Counted from the first letter of the stretch, positions 27,887-39,506 are shown. The stretch is 64,000 nucleotides of DNA from an uncultured virus (IMG/VR IMGVR_UViG_3300021400_000104) (IMGVR_UViG_3300021400_000104); one strand, 5' to 3'. Numbers and translations: made by a program. The notes: generated by a model not told the origin, from the sequence alone.

Positions 27887-28408
27887 ATGCCGCGCGCAAA
27901 GACTCAGATTCTGATCCCGTTCTCGAGGATCGAGATCGACGTCGACCGTTATAACACGGTCGACGCCTCCGATCTCATCTTCTGGGGCGTGATCCACGAA
28001 GGTCACCTGTACGGCTTTCTGACGACTCACGTCGGGACCGACGTTCCGGTCAAGTACGACCGGACGCCTCGCGGCCTTAAGCTGCGAGTCGATCCAGGCA
28101 AGAAGATGATAGCTCGCTGGATCGAGCACCATCCAGACGCTCGTCCACTCATGACCGAGCAGGAATACACCGACAACGTCAAGGCATTCACACAGCAGCA
28201 CCGTGGTCTGAATGGAGGCGACTACTTCGAGAAGTATGTCACCGAGACCATTTATGGCCAAAAGTGGCATGGTAAAAATAGCACCTACTTTTGGCGGACT
28301 GGAGATCTCGTTGTGAATGAAACACATATTTCTATCAAGGGGCCGCGCGCGTCCCTCTGCTCGGAAACGGCGCTGAATGCCGCCGAAATCGAGCTCGCTG
28401 CAAAGTAA
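27887..28408 (+). CDS. Hypothetical early protein (173 aa)
   Basis: RBS GGAGG; followed by hairpin. Confidence 0.7.
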   Translation: MPRAKTQILIPFSRIEIDVDRYNTVDASDLIFWGVIHEGHLYGFLTTHVGTDVPVKYDRTPRGLKLRVDPGKKMIARWIEHHPDARPLMTEQEYTDNVKAFTQQHRGLNGGDYFEKYVTETIYGQKWHGKNSTYFWRTGDLVVNETHISIKGPRASLCSETALNAAEIELAAK

Positions 28409-28482
28409 GACCGAATCCCGCCCTTCGGGGCGGGAGACCCCGCTAAAAGCACCAGACGAACGTCTGGAGAATGGAGGATATT

Positions 28483-28890
28483 ATGCTGCACCATGTAAAC
28501 ATGACCGAGACCATTACGTCTACGACCGAGCTGTCGCCGCTCCTTGACGTAGTCCTCCCCGTGACCCTCCCCGTCGAGATCTGGATTCCGAGCTGGATGG
28601 GGATGATCCCTAACACCGAGCTCGACCCGATCGACCTGATTCACACGCCTGTCAAGTGCGGCGCGATCGGCGCGATGACCGCCTATGCCCTGCTGCATAC
28701 GATGCTTGAGCAGATCTCGACCGGTGCCGATCTCAAGACCTGCATCAACGCGGCTGACGATCTCAACGAGCTCTATCATAGCTATGACATCGAGATCGAC
28801 AAGGATCACGGTCGCTGGATCATGATGATCGACTGCCATCCCACAAGAGCAGAGATCGTCGTCGATCTGTCCGGCCTTGTAAATTGGTAA
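28483..28890 (+). CDS. Hypothetical early protein (~135 aa), N-term resembles 27432-27884
   Basis: RBS; VEIWIPSWM vs IEIPSWL; terminator 28893-28919. Confidence 0.65.
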   Translation: MLHHVNMTETITSTTELSPLLDVVLPVTLPVEIWIPSWMGMIPNTELDPIDLIHTPVKCGAIGAMTAYALLHTMLEQISTGADLKTCINAADDLNELYHSYDIEIDKDHGRWIMMIDCHPTRAEIVVDLSGLVNW

Positions 28891-29727
28891 AAAGGAGGGG
28901 CTTATGCCCCTCTTTTTTTATCGAAAAATTTTAGTGATTTAAAGCGTTAAAGTCACCCCACGTTTAGCGCTTTAAAGCGCAAAAGTCCGCCCCTACTTTT
29001 CACCGCTTTAAAGCGTTAAAGTCTGCAACAATTTTAGCGATTTAAAGTGCTGAAATTATACGATTTGTATAATTTTAATTGTCAAAAGTTGCCACCCCTT
29101 TATTGCTTTAAAGTGTAGAAGCTGCCCTGCATTTAGCGCTTTAAAGTGCTAAAAGGGCGTTTTTCGGGACATTAGGCGTTTTTAGGGATTGACAAAAGGT
29201 CAGAAATGTGGTATAATAGAAGGGTAAGGGGGATCGAGGCACCCCGGATAAAAACAGGGGTGGAGTCTGCATATATGGATATATTAATATATATATTAAT
29301 ATATGTATGTATTGGCGAGCTACGTTTCGAGCTGCGCGAGCTACATTTCGAGCTACACTTCTAACAATATTTTTTTGTGCAAAATTACTAAAATGCGAGC
29401 TGCGTTTTTGAAAAGTTCCTATCCCTACACTAAAAAGTAAAATATTTTAACAATTTAATATATTATATTTTTCTTATTTTATCAATTAATTTTATTAAAA
29501 CTTTTATGCCCCATTTTGTTAATTCATTTAACTTATTAATTCTTATAATATATTTATTAATAAAATACTATATGTAATATATTATTATTTATAATAATAT
29601 TTCCCCTCATTTTTATTGTTTCATTTTTGGTACACTTCCCATTTTTTCTATTGATTTTTTTCTTCCCTTATGTTATAATATATATAGAAAATGAAACAAA
29701 AGAAATAATCCCTAAAGGAGGAGAACT

Positions 29728-29832
29728 ATGAAAAAGTCTACTACTAAAATGACTCACAAAGGTTATGCTTACATTACCAAGAAGGCCGCTCACAAGAAAA
29801 TCCGTAAGGCACTTAACAAGACTACTGACTAA
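29728..29832 (+). CDS. Small basic peptide (34 aa)
   Basis: Promoter, AAGGAGGAG RBS, MKKSTTKMTHKGYAYITKKAAHKKIRKALNKTTD. Confidence 0.55.
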   Translation: MKKSTTKMTHKGYAYITKKAAHKKIRKALNKTTD

Positions 29833-30131
29833 ATAAAAGGCCGATTTTTATATCAGTCTTTCGTTCAGCTCCCAGTAGAAATTTCTCGAATACTCGCACC
29901 CCTACTTCTCAGTGCTTTAAAGTGTTAAAGTCTAAAATATTATTGCCCTATTTTGTTAATATATTTAATTAATTAATAGATATATAATATATATATTTTC
30001 TGCAATTTTATTTAAATATTTTATCTTTATTTATTAATAATAAATCTATAAAATAAATGTCCCCTTAAAAGTCCATTTATTTTCTATAAAACTATTGACT
30101 TTTAATTATAGTTGTGATATAATATATATAG

Positions 30132-30342
30132 TAAAAGAGGATACGTCCTCTTAGATACTCCTACGAAGGATGACGGATAAATCCGGCGGGCGTGCCAACC
30201 CTAACAACACAGGCCGGCAAGAGTTGAGTCGTAAAAACTGACGAGGCGCCGCGTTAGGTAAACTCTACAGAATTTATATCTGCCGGGTGTCCACTTCGTG
30301 CGACACAGGAAGACAACCCCGCAAAAACGGCAGATATATTTT
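30132..30342 (+). ncRNA. Candidate structured non-coding RNA
   Basis: TTGACT/TATAAT promoter, no RBS-ORF, GC-rich island with stems (TATATCTGCCG/CGGCAGATATA). Confidence 0.4.
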
Positions 30343-30981
30343 CTTAGTTATTATTTTGTTAATTTTTTTAATTTATTAAAATGTACAGCTCCCAGTTGAT
30401 ACTTTAGAACTTTAAAGAATTAGAGTGTCCCTACGTTTAATGCTTTAAAGTCCTAAAATATTTTCTTTTAATCTTTATATATTTTAATACTTTAAATTCC
30501 TAAAATATTTTCGCCCTACTTTTTAGCAATTTAAAGTGCTAAAGTTCCTAAATATATTCTGCCCTTTTTACTATTTGTATTAATCCCCTTTTTCTATTAT
30601 TTTTTTATCAAATATTTCATCCCCATTTTGTTAAAAAATTTAATATTTCTCCCTACCCCTAAAACGGACAGCTCCCGGCTTATCAAAAGATAAGCCAAAG
30701 AGCAATTGCCGCCCCGGCAAACGGAACGAGGAAGGAAATTCCCTGCATGAAATAGCAAACCGCCTCAAAGATGTTCTTCATATTGTTTTCCTCCTTTGTT
30801 TTACTGTAATTATATTATAGCATATATCTTGTATTTTGTCAAGGGGTTTTTAAAAAATAAATGTGCCGCCACAAGGACATTTTTTTCTAAAAAACTATTG
30901 ACAAATCAAAAGAGATGTGGTATAATAATATTGTAAGGTAAAGAGAACACAAGAATAAAATAAAAATGAGGAGGTAATAAT

Positions 30982-31236
30982 ATGACTTACGATGAGGAGA
31001 TGCACCGCGCCGCTTACGGGTGCGACGTTGTCCGCGTGGTTGCTTACCGCTGCGAGGACGAGGACAAGCCCTATATGTGGAGGGTAACGTACTACGACGG
31101 GCACGAGACCGACTTCTGGCGCATGTGCGGGTCGCTGCCGTCCTATGTGAAGGGCTTTATGGCAGATGTACGGCACTATGAGGATTACAACGAGGAGACC
31201 AACGAGTGGGAAGAGACATGGTCGCCGGGTGCTTAA
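30982..31236 (+). CDS. Hypothetical early protein (84 aa)
   Basis: Promoter, RBS, terminator. Confidence 0.7.
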   Translation: MTYDEEMHRAAYGCDVVRVVAYRCEDEDKPYMWRVTYYDGHETDFWRMCGSLPSYVKGFMADVRHYEDYNEETNEWEETWSPGA

Positions 31237-31377
31237 GGGGCTTTTGCCCCTTTTCCCCTATTACAAAACTTTAGTCCTTTAAAGTCCAAAAGTCCAGCTC
31301 CCTACTTTTAGCGCTTTAAAGTGTTGAAGTTTAAAGCGTTAAAATAAAAAAAGAGGGCGAAAAATCGCCCTCCCCTT

Positions 31378-31533
31378 TTACGCGGTCACGCGCATAACAT
31401 CGAGATCGTACTTCCTCCCCTTCCAGTAAGTCCAGTCATAACGCGCGCACGCCTTCAGGCACTCAACATAAGTGCCGCGGAACAGGTCGAGGATCACATG
31501 GCCATCGCTTGCTACACCGTAAACAGTATACAT
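31378..31533 (-). CDS. Hypothetical early protein (51 aa)
   Basis: Promoter, AAGGAGG RBS, terminator. Confidence 0.6.
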   Translation of the reverse strand: MYTVYGVASDGHVILDLFRGTYVECLKACARYDWTYWKGRKYDLDVMRVTA

Positions 31534-31699
31534 ATTGTACCTCCTTATTAGTCGTGGGGTTTTCTTTATCTTACATATATATTATAGCATATCTTAAAAG
31601 AAAAGTCAAGGGGTTTTTAAAAAATATTTGTCCTTTTTCAGAAACATTTTTTTCTTAAAAAGTCTTGACAAATCAAAAGAGATATGGTATAATATTATT

Positions 31700-31885
31700 G
31701 TAAGGTAAAGGCAAGAGTAAAGTCAAAGATGAAACAACACGATTTAGTGTTACCGCATTATGCGGAATTAGTCGGCGATCAATGATCTACCTTTACGATA
31801 GGAGTAGCTCAAAATAAAGTAAGAGCAGGCATTTAGTTGCTATGTATAGGTGCAAGCCCTATCTCCTATCCATCGCTTACCATTT
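31700..31885 (+). ncRNA. Candidate ncRNA containing tRNA-like domain (31797-31872)
   Basis: Promoter without ORF; ATAGGAG/CTCCTAT acceptor, GCTC/GAGC D-arm, ATAGG/CCTAT T-arm. Confidence 0.45.
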
Positions 31886-31975
31886 AGGGAGAACATATGT
31901 TCTCCCGCCCTACTTTTAGCGCTTTAAAGTGTTAAAATATTAAAGAAAAATGAACGGCGTCCTACTGGATACCGT

Positions 31976-32203
31976 TCACACAAAATTCATTTTTAATTCA
32001 TTTATGCGAGGAGACGGGGCGCGGGGACGTGCCGCGCCGATAGTTGCCTCCCGCGTCCCTGCCGTCGGCATCCACTCGGTAACGGACGGCGGCGCGGACT
32101 CATTCGAGTTGATCTTGTTAGACGGAACGCCGAAAACCTCCCGTGCGTTCCAGTTAATCGGCTCCCGGAAAACCGAGATTTTCCACTTTTTAGTCATTTT
32201 CAT
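31976..32203 (-). CDS. Hypothetical protein (75 aa)
   Basis: Promoter and RBS. Confidence 0.45.
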   Translation of the reverse strand: MKMTKKWKISVFREPINWNAREVFGVPSNKINSNESAPPSVTEWMPTAGTREATIGAARPRAPSPRINELKMNFV

Positions 32204-32714
32204 TTCCTCCTTTATATCTTTACTACATTCTTATTATATCACATTTTTTCGGATTTGTCAAGAGTTTTTTGAAACTTTTTTTATTTTTTATTCTTTTTTT
32301 CTTTTTTCTCTCCTCCTTACATATACATTATAGCACATATCAAATAATAATGCAAATCAATTTTAAAAAAATACGGATTTTTCCGCGATATATGGGCAAA
32401 AATATTTGTACACTATGCTTAATTCTTTCAATTATAGAGTATATTTCTTGTGCATCTTGCCGAACATCGCCCTACTTTTAGTGCTTTAAAGCGTTAAAAT
32501 CCAGAAAGTCATATCTTTGTGCATCTTATACAAAAATACTAGAGAAATGTTGAAAAAATTATACAAACTCCACAAACTTAAAAAGGCATTTTCCCGCGAT
32601 ATATCGCGATTTTTTAGCCCTTGAAATTTGACAAACTCAAAGAAATATGCTATAATGTATATGTAAGGTAAAGGAAAAGCACCGATCGAAACGATCGGAG
32701 AAATGAGGTAAAAT

Positions 32715-32849
32715 ATGAAGGCTATCTACAAGAAGAACACTCTCGGCAAGTACGCGATTGACTTCATCGGCAAGAAGGCTCTCCGCAAGCGCGCTAAGCG
32801 TCGCCTCCGTCAGCAGTCTCGCCAGCTCTGCAAGAGCTACATCGGCTAA
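32715..32849 (+). CDS. Small basic peptide (44 aa)
   Basis: Promoter, leader hairpin, RBS, terminator. Confidence 0.55.
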   Translation: MKAIYKKNTLGKYAIDFIGKKALRKRAKRRLRQQSRQLCKSYIG

Positions 32850-32993
32850 AAGAAAAGGGCGAGAAATCGCCCTTTTCATTCTCTTTATAAGAGAACATAT
32901 GTTTGCTTTAAAGCGCTAAAGCACCCTACTACTCAACGCTTTAAAGTGTTAAAGTTTAAAGTATCAATTTAATTTTAAATGAGGGCAAGCGGC

Positions 32994-33182
32994 TCAAGGC
33001 CGCTCGAAAACCTCATGCTCCTCGATGGTATACTGCGCCTCCTCACCGTACCAGGTCTCGATCATCTGCTGACCGTGCATCTGAATGTATGCTGCCGCGG
33101 CAGTCTCGGTCGAGAAGATCGCATCAATCACACGGCCGCCGTACTCATCATCAACAAGAACCATCACAGCAAATACAGTCAT
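32994..33182 (-). CDS. Small early protein (62 aa)
   Basis: Promoter and AAGGAGG RBS. Confidence 0.65.
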   Translation of the reverse strand: MTVFAVMVLVDDEYGGRVIDAIFSTETAAAAYIQMHGQQMIETWYGEEAQYTIEEHEVFERP

Positions 33183-33426
33183 ATTAGTTCCTCCTTATGG
33201 ATTGTTTGTCTTTGTTTTTACCTTACATATACATTATAGCACATATTAAAAAATAATGCAAGTTCTTTTTCTTAGAAATAAAGATTTTTTCGCGATATAT
33301 AGATAAAAATATTTGTGCAACATGCTTGAATATTCTTTATATTGTACATACTTTTTGTGCAGTTCGCCGACGCCCCTACTTTTAGCACTTTAAAGTGTTA
33401 AAGTATTGAAATAAGAAAAAGGGCGA

Positions 33427-33612
33427 TCACTCGCCCTTTACCTTCCAGATCTCAACCTCGTAGAGGTTGTCCTCCTTATCGGTAATAATCAGAAGGTCAT
33501 CCCGCATAGCGTCCATCTTTTGCCCGTTTACCTCATGGAAGGCGGTGTGGAGATCGGTGTACACGCCAACGATGCAGTCTGCTGCAAAGTTCTTCACAAC
33601 ATATACAGTCAT
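33427..33612 (-). CDS. Small early protein (61 aa)
   Basis: Promoter, RBS, terminator. Confidence 0.65.
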   Translation of the reverse strand: MTVYVVKNFAADCIVGVYTDLHTAFHEVNGQKMDAMRDDLLIITDKEDNLYEVEIWKVKGE

Positions 33613-33938
33613 ATTAGTTCCTCCTTTAGGACTTTGTCTTTACTACATTCTTATTATACCACATTTTCGCGGATTTGTCAAGAGGTTTTGAAAACTTTTT
33701 TTATTTTTTTTGTTTTCTTTACCTCCTCTTTACATATATATTATAGCATATTCTAAAAAATAATGCAAGTCCATTTCTAAAAAATTAAAACTTTTCCTTG
33801 ATATATGGGCAAAAATATTTGTGCAACTTGCTTAATTATTTGCTATATAATGTATATTTTTTGTGCAACTTGCCGCATACCGCCCTACCTTTCAGCGCTT
33901 TAAAGCGTTAAAGTAAAACAAAAGGCCGAAAAGGCCGA

Positions 33939-34400
33939 TTAATCGGCCTTCTTCGGTTTGTATGCAGCAGCCATCCAATACGCGAGACTGCCCATTTTCT
34001 GCGTAACATCGACCTTTTTCTGGTCGATCTGCTCCTTTGCCTTTGCGCGCTCCTCCTTATCCTTTGCGATCTTTGCGGCCTTCCGCTCTGCTGCGGCGGC
34101 CTTGTCAGCGGCGTTCTGCTCCGCATTTACACGGTACTTTTCCGCGATCGCCGGCGCATCATAGGCCTTCAGGGTCTTACTTTTGGTCTTGCGCTCGACA
34201 AAGTTGTGAATCGTGGGCGAATAGGTAGCATAGATCGGGAGACCATCCGGCGACTCGCCGACCTTAACAGCGATCTCGGAGTCGCCCGTCTGGTAGACGT
34301 TCGTCTCGCCGCAGATAGCGGTCATCGCCTTAACAAGGGCGGCGAAGGCGTCAGGGCGGACAGCGTTCATGATCTGTACAGGGGTCATCTTCTTATCCAT
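33939..34400 (-). CDS. Hypothetical early protein (153 aa), paralog family with 42099, 47637, 49399
   Basis: RBS; shared GExNV..IAVxVG..DG motif. Confidence 0.7.
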   Translation of the reverse strand: MDKKMTPVQIMNAVRPDAFAALVKAMTAICGETNVYQTGDSEIAVKVGESPDGLPIYATYSPTIHNFVERKTKSKTLKAYDAPAIAEKYRVNAEQNAADKAAAAERKAAKIAKDKEERAKAKEQIDQKKVDVTQKMGSLAYWMAAAYKPKKAD

Positions 34401-34974
34401 ATTGTACCTCCTTGCGGACTGTTTTCCTTTATCTTACATATACATTATAGCATATCTAAAAAGAAAAGTCAAATCAGTTTTTAAAAATGAGGGGATTTTC
34501 TGCGATATATCGCCAAAAATATTTGTGCAACATGCTTAATTTTCTATTTTTCTGCTGGCACTTTTTGTGCAATCTGCCCGACACCGCCCTACTTTTAGCG
34601 CTTTAAAGCGTTAAAGTATCCTTTGTGCATACTGAATAAAAAATAAGAGAAAATGTTGAAAAAATTATACAAACCTCATAAACTTAAAATGATGTTTTTC
34701 CGCGATATATCGCGATTTTTTCACCATGAGAATTTGACTTTTCCCGAAAATTATAGTATAATATATATGTAAGGTAAAGAGAACGGAAAACAAAAAAACC
34801 GAAAACCTCAAAACCTTACAAAAATACCACAACGGATCTTGTGCAAAACGCCGAAAATCAAAAAAGGCCTTGACAAACTCCGAAAAATGTGGTATAATAA
34901 GAGTACAGGGTGAGGGAAAAGCCCAAAACCCGAAATTAACACCAGCAGAACGCTGGAGAAATGGAGAAAACACT

Positions 34975-35358
34975 ATGACTATGAAGGACTTTATGACCGC
35001 TGTTATCGCTGCCAAGATTTCTGACGAGATGACCGCCTTCGCAGAGGGCGAGATCCAGAAGCTGGAGGCCCGTGCTGAGAAGCGCCGGACCACTCCGACC
35101 AAGGCACAGCTCGAGGCGGGTGCGCTGCTCGACGCTCTGATTGCCGGCATGGTTGCGGGTGAGCCTGTGACCTCCGCGTCGATCGCTGCGGCCATGGAGA
35201 TCTCGCCCCAGAAGGCGACCAGCCTGCTCCGTGCGGGTGTTGCTGCGGGGCGGCTGACTGAGATCGGCACCATCAAGGGCAAGAGCGGCAAGGTGAAGGC
35301 CTACGCTCTGCCCGAGGGCAGCTCCGAGGACAGCTCCGAGGACAGCTCCGAGGGCTGA
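34975..35358 (+). CDS. Putative winged-helix DNA-binding protein with acidic SSED tail
   Basis: TSASIAAAMEISPQKATSLLR HTH-like segment; paralog of 43262 and 58401. Confidence 0.65.
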   Translation: MTMKDFMTAVIAAKISDEMTAFAEGEIQKLEARAEKRRTTPTKAQLEAGALLDALIAGMVAGEPVTSASIAAAMEISPQKATSLLRAGVAAGRLTEIGTIKGKSGKVKAYALPEGSSEDSSEDSSEG

Positions 35359-35601
35359 TCCTCTGCCCTGAAAAGGGCGAAAAATAGCGCATACGAGGGG
35401 CGGGCAATAGTCCGCTCCGTCCGTTTTTTATTCGCTTTAATACTTTAAACTTTAACACTTTAAAGCGGCGAAGTGGTAGGGAGAAGTAGGGGAGGCAGGG
35501 CTTTAGCGCTTTAAAGCATTGAATTGTAGGGCAGCAGCGCTTTAAAGTGCTAAAGTAATTAACTAAAAGTATTGTGTCCGTCAATGACGGACACTAACTT
35601 T

Positions 35602-36084
35602 TTAGAAGATCACCTCCTCGATAATAGTCTCGAGCGCGCCAACAACCGTCCAGTCTTTGTCGATATTTAGTGCTTTTCTCTGCGTGGCCGTTTCCCACAT
35701 CTTACATACCTCTGCATTATCATCAATTAAATACATAGTTTGTGCGCGTTTCTGGATACATTTTTGTTTAGGTGTGCCATAGGAAACACAATTGAACTCG
35801 GAGATAAAGGGCATATTTTCCCTAATCCAAGCCATTTTCTCGGCGCGGCATACCTCCTCATATTCAACGCTCGCTTGCATCGGCAGCCAGGTGATGATTC
35901 CGAATTGTACGCCGTAGGCGGACAGCTCCTTGATAGCAGAGAAGAAACGAACGAGGTCGATTTCGGGGAGGAAGTTCCCAACGAAGGCGCCGCTCTGCTC
36001 GTTCTCCAAAAGGTCAAGCCAGTTGGCCTTCCCATAAAGGTCAAAAACAGTGCCGTCCATATCGAAATAGATTTTAATGCTCAT
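35602..36084 (-). CDS. HAD-superfamily phosphatase (5'(3')-deoxyribonucleotidase-like)
   Basis: IYFDMDGTV motif I, K..W, LIDD motif IV. Confidence 0.75.
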   Translation of the reverse strand: MSIKIYFDMDGTVFDLYGKANWLDLLENEQSGAFVGNFLPEIDLVRFFSAIKELSAYGVQFGIITWLPMQASVEYEEVCRAEKMAWIRENMPFISEFNCVSYGTPKQKCIQKRAQTMYLIDDNAEVCKMWETATQRKALNIDKDWTVVGALETIIEEVIF

Positions 36085-36525
36085 TTATTTTCTCCTTTGC
36101 GGTTGCTTTGTCTTTACCTTACATATACATTATAACATATTTCTGCGAGTTTGTCAAGAGGTTTTTCAAAATTTTTCGTTTTTTTAATCCGAGAGCAAAA
36201 CCATCTCCCCAACAAAACAAAGCAGGCAAGCAACCCCAACATAACCGAGTAGCACCCACTTGCCAAAATATGCCATGATAATGGGAGAAGTCGTAAACAT
36301 TACCATACCGAGGGAGAACCCAACGCGTGCAAGAGTTTTTTTCATAGTTTGTCAACCTCACTTTCTATATACATTATAGCATATTTCTGCCGGCATGTCA
36401 AGAGGTTTTTAAAAATAATTATCCCTCTTTCGAAACATTTTTTTCTTGAAAAGTATTGACAAATAAAAAGGGATGTGGTATAATATATATGTAAGATAAA
36501 GGAACGCCCATAAGGAGGAATAAAG

Positions 36526-36759
36526 ATGACTAATTTTGAAGAGTACAAACTTTTTTCAAAAATCTGCCATCAGGTCAGTGAAATGATGCCCGATAATATG
36601 ACGGATGCTGAGTATTTCGCTATGTATAGCCGATTGGCAGCAGATTTTGCAAATAGGGTAACAAAGTACCTTTACGCCATAGTAGATGAGGAAAAACATG
36701 ATCCTGAAGAGGACGACTCCGAAGAGGACGACTCCGAAGAGGACGACCCGCCTCATTGA
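36526..36759 (+). CDS. Hypothetical protein with acidic EEDDS repeats (77 aa)
   Basis: Promoter, RBS. Confidence 0.65.
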   Translation: MTNFEEYKLFSKICHQVSEMMPDNMTDAEYFAMYSRLAADFANRVTKYLYAIVDEEKHDPEEDDSEEDDSEEDDPPH

Positions 36760-36824
36760 GGCGGGCGCCCTACGTTTAGTGCTTTAAAGTGCTAAACTTT
36801 AAAGCATTAAAATTCGCCTATCCC

Positions 36825-37034
36825 TTACAGAAATAGGCGAAAAGTATTGTATAGATTTAGAGTCAAAAAGATACCGTTAATAAGTGCCGCGGCAACTGCC
36901 TTTCCTTTAATCGCCTGAATAAGACCGAACACAGAGGATACACAGAACATAGGCGCCGACAGCGAGGATCCAACACCGCACAGCGCGGCGGCAATAGCGC
37001 ACAGAAAAACAGAAATCCAGTCAGTTTTAGTCAT
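36825..37034 (-). CDS. Small membrane protein (69 aa)
   Basis: Hydrophobic segments; promoter and RBS. Confidence 0.6.
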   Translation of the reverse strand: MTKTDWISVFLCAIAAALCGVGSSLSAPMFCVSSVFGLIQAIKGKAVAAALINGIFLTLNLYNTFRLFL

Positions 37035-37222
37035 TTTTGTTTTCTCCCTTCGTTCTTACTATATATATTATATCACATTTTTTTGTATCTGTCAATAGGT
37101 TTTTAAAATTAATTGTTTCTCAAAAAGGACAATTATCTATTGACAAATAAAATAAAATATGATATAATATATGTGTAAGGTAAAGAGAAACACAGAGCAT
37201 AAATAATAAGGAGGAAAAACAT

Positions 37223-37570
37223 ATGACTTTTTATATTCCCGCATCTTTTGATGATGCCAACTATGCACCTTCCTGGACCGGCAATTATACCTATCCTACG
37301 GTCACCATCCGGGGAATTTTCGACTCCATGGAGAAGGCAACGCAAGCCCTTGAAGGCTGGGATTTTGCGGAGGACTGTGATATTCTCGAGCGGGAGCTTG
37401 ATGACTACAACCTCCCAGATAATCCCTCCTTCAGTATTGACTATGACGGAGACTATGGTCTTACGATCTGGTCAGATGAACACGGTTGTTATGGGCTAAA
37501 TGAAATCGTTGACGAGGCATACTCCGCAGTTTATGATGAAAACGGCTATCTCGGCGTAACAGACTACTAA
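37223..37570 (+). CDS. Hypothetical acidic protein (115 aa)
   Basis: Promoter, RBS, terminator. Confidence 0.7.
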   Translation: MTFYIPASFDDANYAPSWTGNYTYPTVTIRGIFDSMEKATQALEGWDFAEDCDILERELDDYNLPDNPSFSIDYDGDYGLTIWSDEHGCYGLNEIVDEAYSAVYDENGYLGVTDY

Positions 37571-37725
37571 AAGAAAAGGGCGAGAAATCGCCCTTTTTTA
37601 TACCATTTCTCTTTTATTGCTTTAAAGTGCTAAAGTCCCTACCTCTTGCCCTACTTTTAACGCTTTAAAGTTCTAAAGTTTAAAGTATTAAAGCAATAAA
37701 AAGGACGCCTTCCGGCGTCCTCTTT

Positions 37726-37938
37726 TTACCCCTCCTCAAAATACAGTACAACGACCTTGCTGCCATTGCGATAGATACGACCGCCCCTGCCATTGGCGCC
37801 GCTTGCCTTATACCCATACTTGGTCAAAACCTCATATACGTTAAATGCCCCGATGGGAACGGTGAACACCTCCAGATGCCGCTTGCTTACCTCGTAGACG
37901 TGCGCGCACTTTTCCAGATCCTTCTTGAAGTTCTCCAT
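37726..37938 (-). CDS. Hypothetical protein (70 aa)
   Basis: Promoter, RBS, terminator. Confidence 0.6.
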   Translation of the reverse strand: MENFKKDLEKCAHVYEVSKRHLEVFTVPIGAFNVYEVLTKYGYKASGANGRGGRIYRNGSKVVVLYFEEG

Positions 37939-38116
37939 ACTTCCTACCTCCTTTACTATATATATTATAGCATATTTCAATTAAAAAGTCAAGGGCTTTT
38001 TAAAAATAAATATCCTTTTTTTGAAACATTTTTTTCTAAAAAGGTATTGACAAATAAAAAGAAGTGTGATATAATATATATGTAAGATAAAGAAACACCC
38101 ATAAGGAGGAATAAAG

Positions 38117-38335
38117 ATGACTGACAAGGAAATGCTTGCAAAAACCGCGCTGACTCGTTTCAAGAAGGACGTTGACCATCTCAATGCAGAGGCATTCCGC
38201 CGCTATTCCGTTCTTATCTACCTTGAAAAGAAACAGGATTTAACTTATGATGACGTCTGCTGTGCAGAATCCTGGATTTCTCATTCTACTAAAACCGCTG
38301 ACGAGATTATCCGAATTCTTGAGGAGGGCAAGTAA
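38117..38335 (+). CDS. Hypothetical protein (72 aa)
   Basis: Promoter, RBS. Confidence 0.65.
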   Translation: MTDKEMLAKTALTRFKKDVDHLNAEAFRRYSVLIYLEKKQDLTYDDVCCAESWISHSTKTADEIIRILEEGK

Positions 38336-38422
38336 TTGCCCTCCTCCCTACTTCTATCGCTTTAAAGTTCTAAAGTTTAAATCACTAAAACATAAAAATA
38401 AAGGCCGGAAATCGGCCTTTAG

Positions 38423-38647
38423 TTATCCCTTCTCTATCCCATTAATAATATCATTTGCATCCCGCTCATAAACGGTCGCCGCGTCTAACGTTTCCTTCAC
38501 AAGAATCCAAAAAGAATCCTCGTCAAGAAATTCATAATTCTCAATGATATATTGACTAACGTCCTCCAGTCGTTTTGCTTTTTTCTTCAAATAATATGCT
38601 TCATCAATAAAATTCCCCCAGATTTGCATAGCAGTATTTTTATCCAT
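38423..38647 (-). CDS. Hypothetical protein (74 aa)
   Basis: Promoter, RBS, terminator. Confidence 0.65.
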   Translation of the reverse strand: MDKNTAMQIWGNFIDEAYYLKKKAKRLEDVSQYIIENYEFLDEDSFWILVKETLDAATVYERDANDIINGIEKG

Positions 38648-38855
38648 ACTTTTACCTCCTTATTGTCTTTGTGTTTCTCTTTATCTTACAATATTATTAT
38701 AGCACATAATAAAAGAAAAGTCAAGGGGTTTTTAGAAAATAAATGTGCCGGCAAAGAAACATTTTTTTCTGAAAAACTATTGACAAATAAGATAGAATGT
38801 GTTATAATATATATGTAAGATAAAGAAAAATAACATACACAAGGAGGAAGTAAAG

Positions 38856-39026
38856 ATGGTTGAATATGTTATTTATGCAATGGGCGATTATGCCCATGCA
38901 GTCGCATTGACGACTGACAAAAGTGCAGCAGAAGCAGAAGCGGACAGACTTTTCTGCCATGGTATTGATACCTATATTGAAGAGATAGAAGTCAATGATG
39001 GTATCACCGACTTACTGAATGATTAA
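38856..39026 (+). CDS. Small early protein (56 aa), paralog of 40779 and 42620
   Basis: MVEYVIY..ALTTDKSAAE; RBS. Confidence 0.6.
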   Translation: MVEYVIYAMGDYAHAVALTTDKSAAEAEADRLFCHGIDTYIEEIEVNDGITDLLND

Positions 39027-39506
39027 GGAGGAAAATATGGTAAAATTTACGGACACGAACGGCAAGACCACGATGATTGACCGCGCGGAATTTATGCGAC
39101 TTATGAAGGCACTTGCTGAGGTCGCGCGGCTTAACAAAGAGGAAAAGAAAAAGGAGAAGGGCGAGTGATCGCCCTTTTTCTCATATAAGAACATATGTTC
39201 TGCTTTAATACTTTAAAACGTTAAAATCCCGCCCCTACTACTTTACCGCTTTAAAGTGCTAAAGTAAAATCAGAAAGTCGTTCTTTTGTATACTTTGCAC
39301 AATTTCTATTGCGTTTTACTTGCTTTTATTGTACAAACTTCACAAAGTTTTTTATAGGTTTTTTGGCTATATATCGCGAAAAATTCACTTATCAATTTTG
39401 ACTTTTCTATCTCTTTGTGATATAATATATATGTAAGGTGAAGGGGAGGACAGAAGATAAAAGAAGTCTTGAACGCTCCATCTTCACAGAATAGGAGGAA
39501 AATCAA

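Noticed and set aside
30219..30266. Hammerhead ribozyme
   Set aside because: CTGACGA present but the GAAA and UH elements do not match consensus
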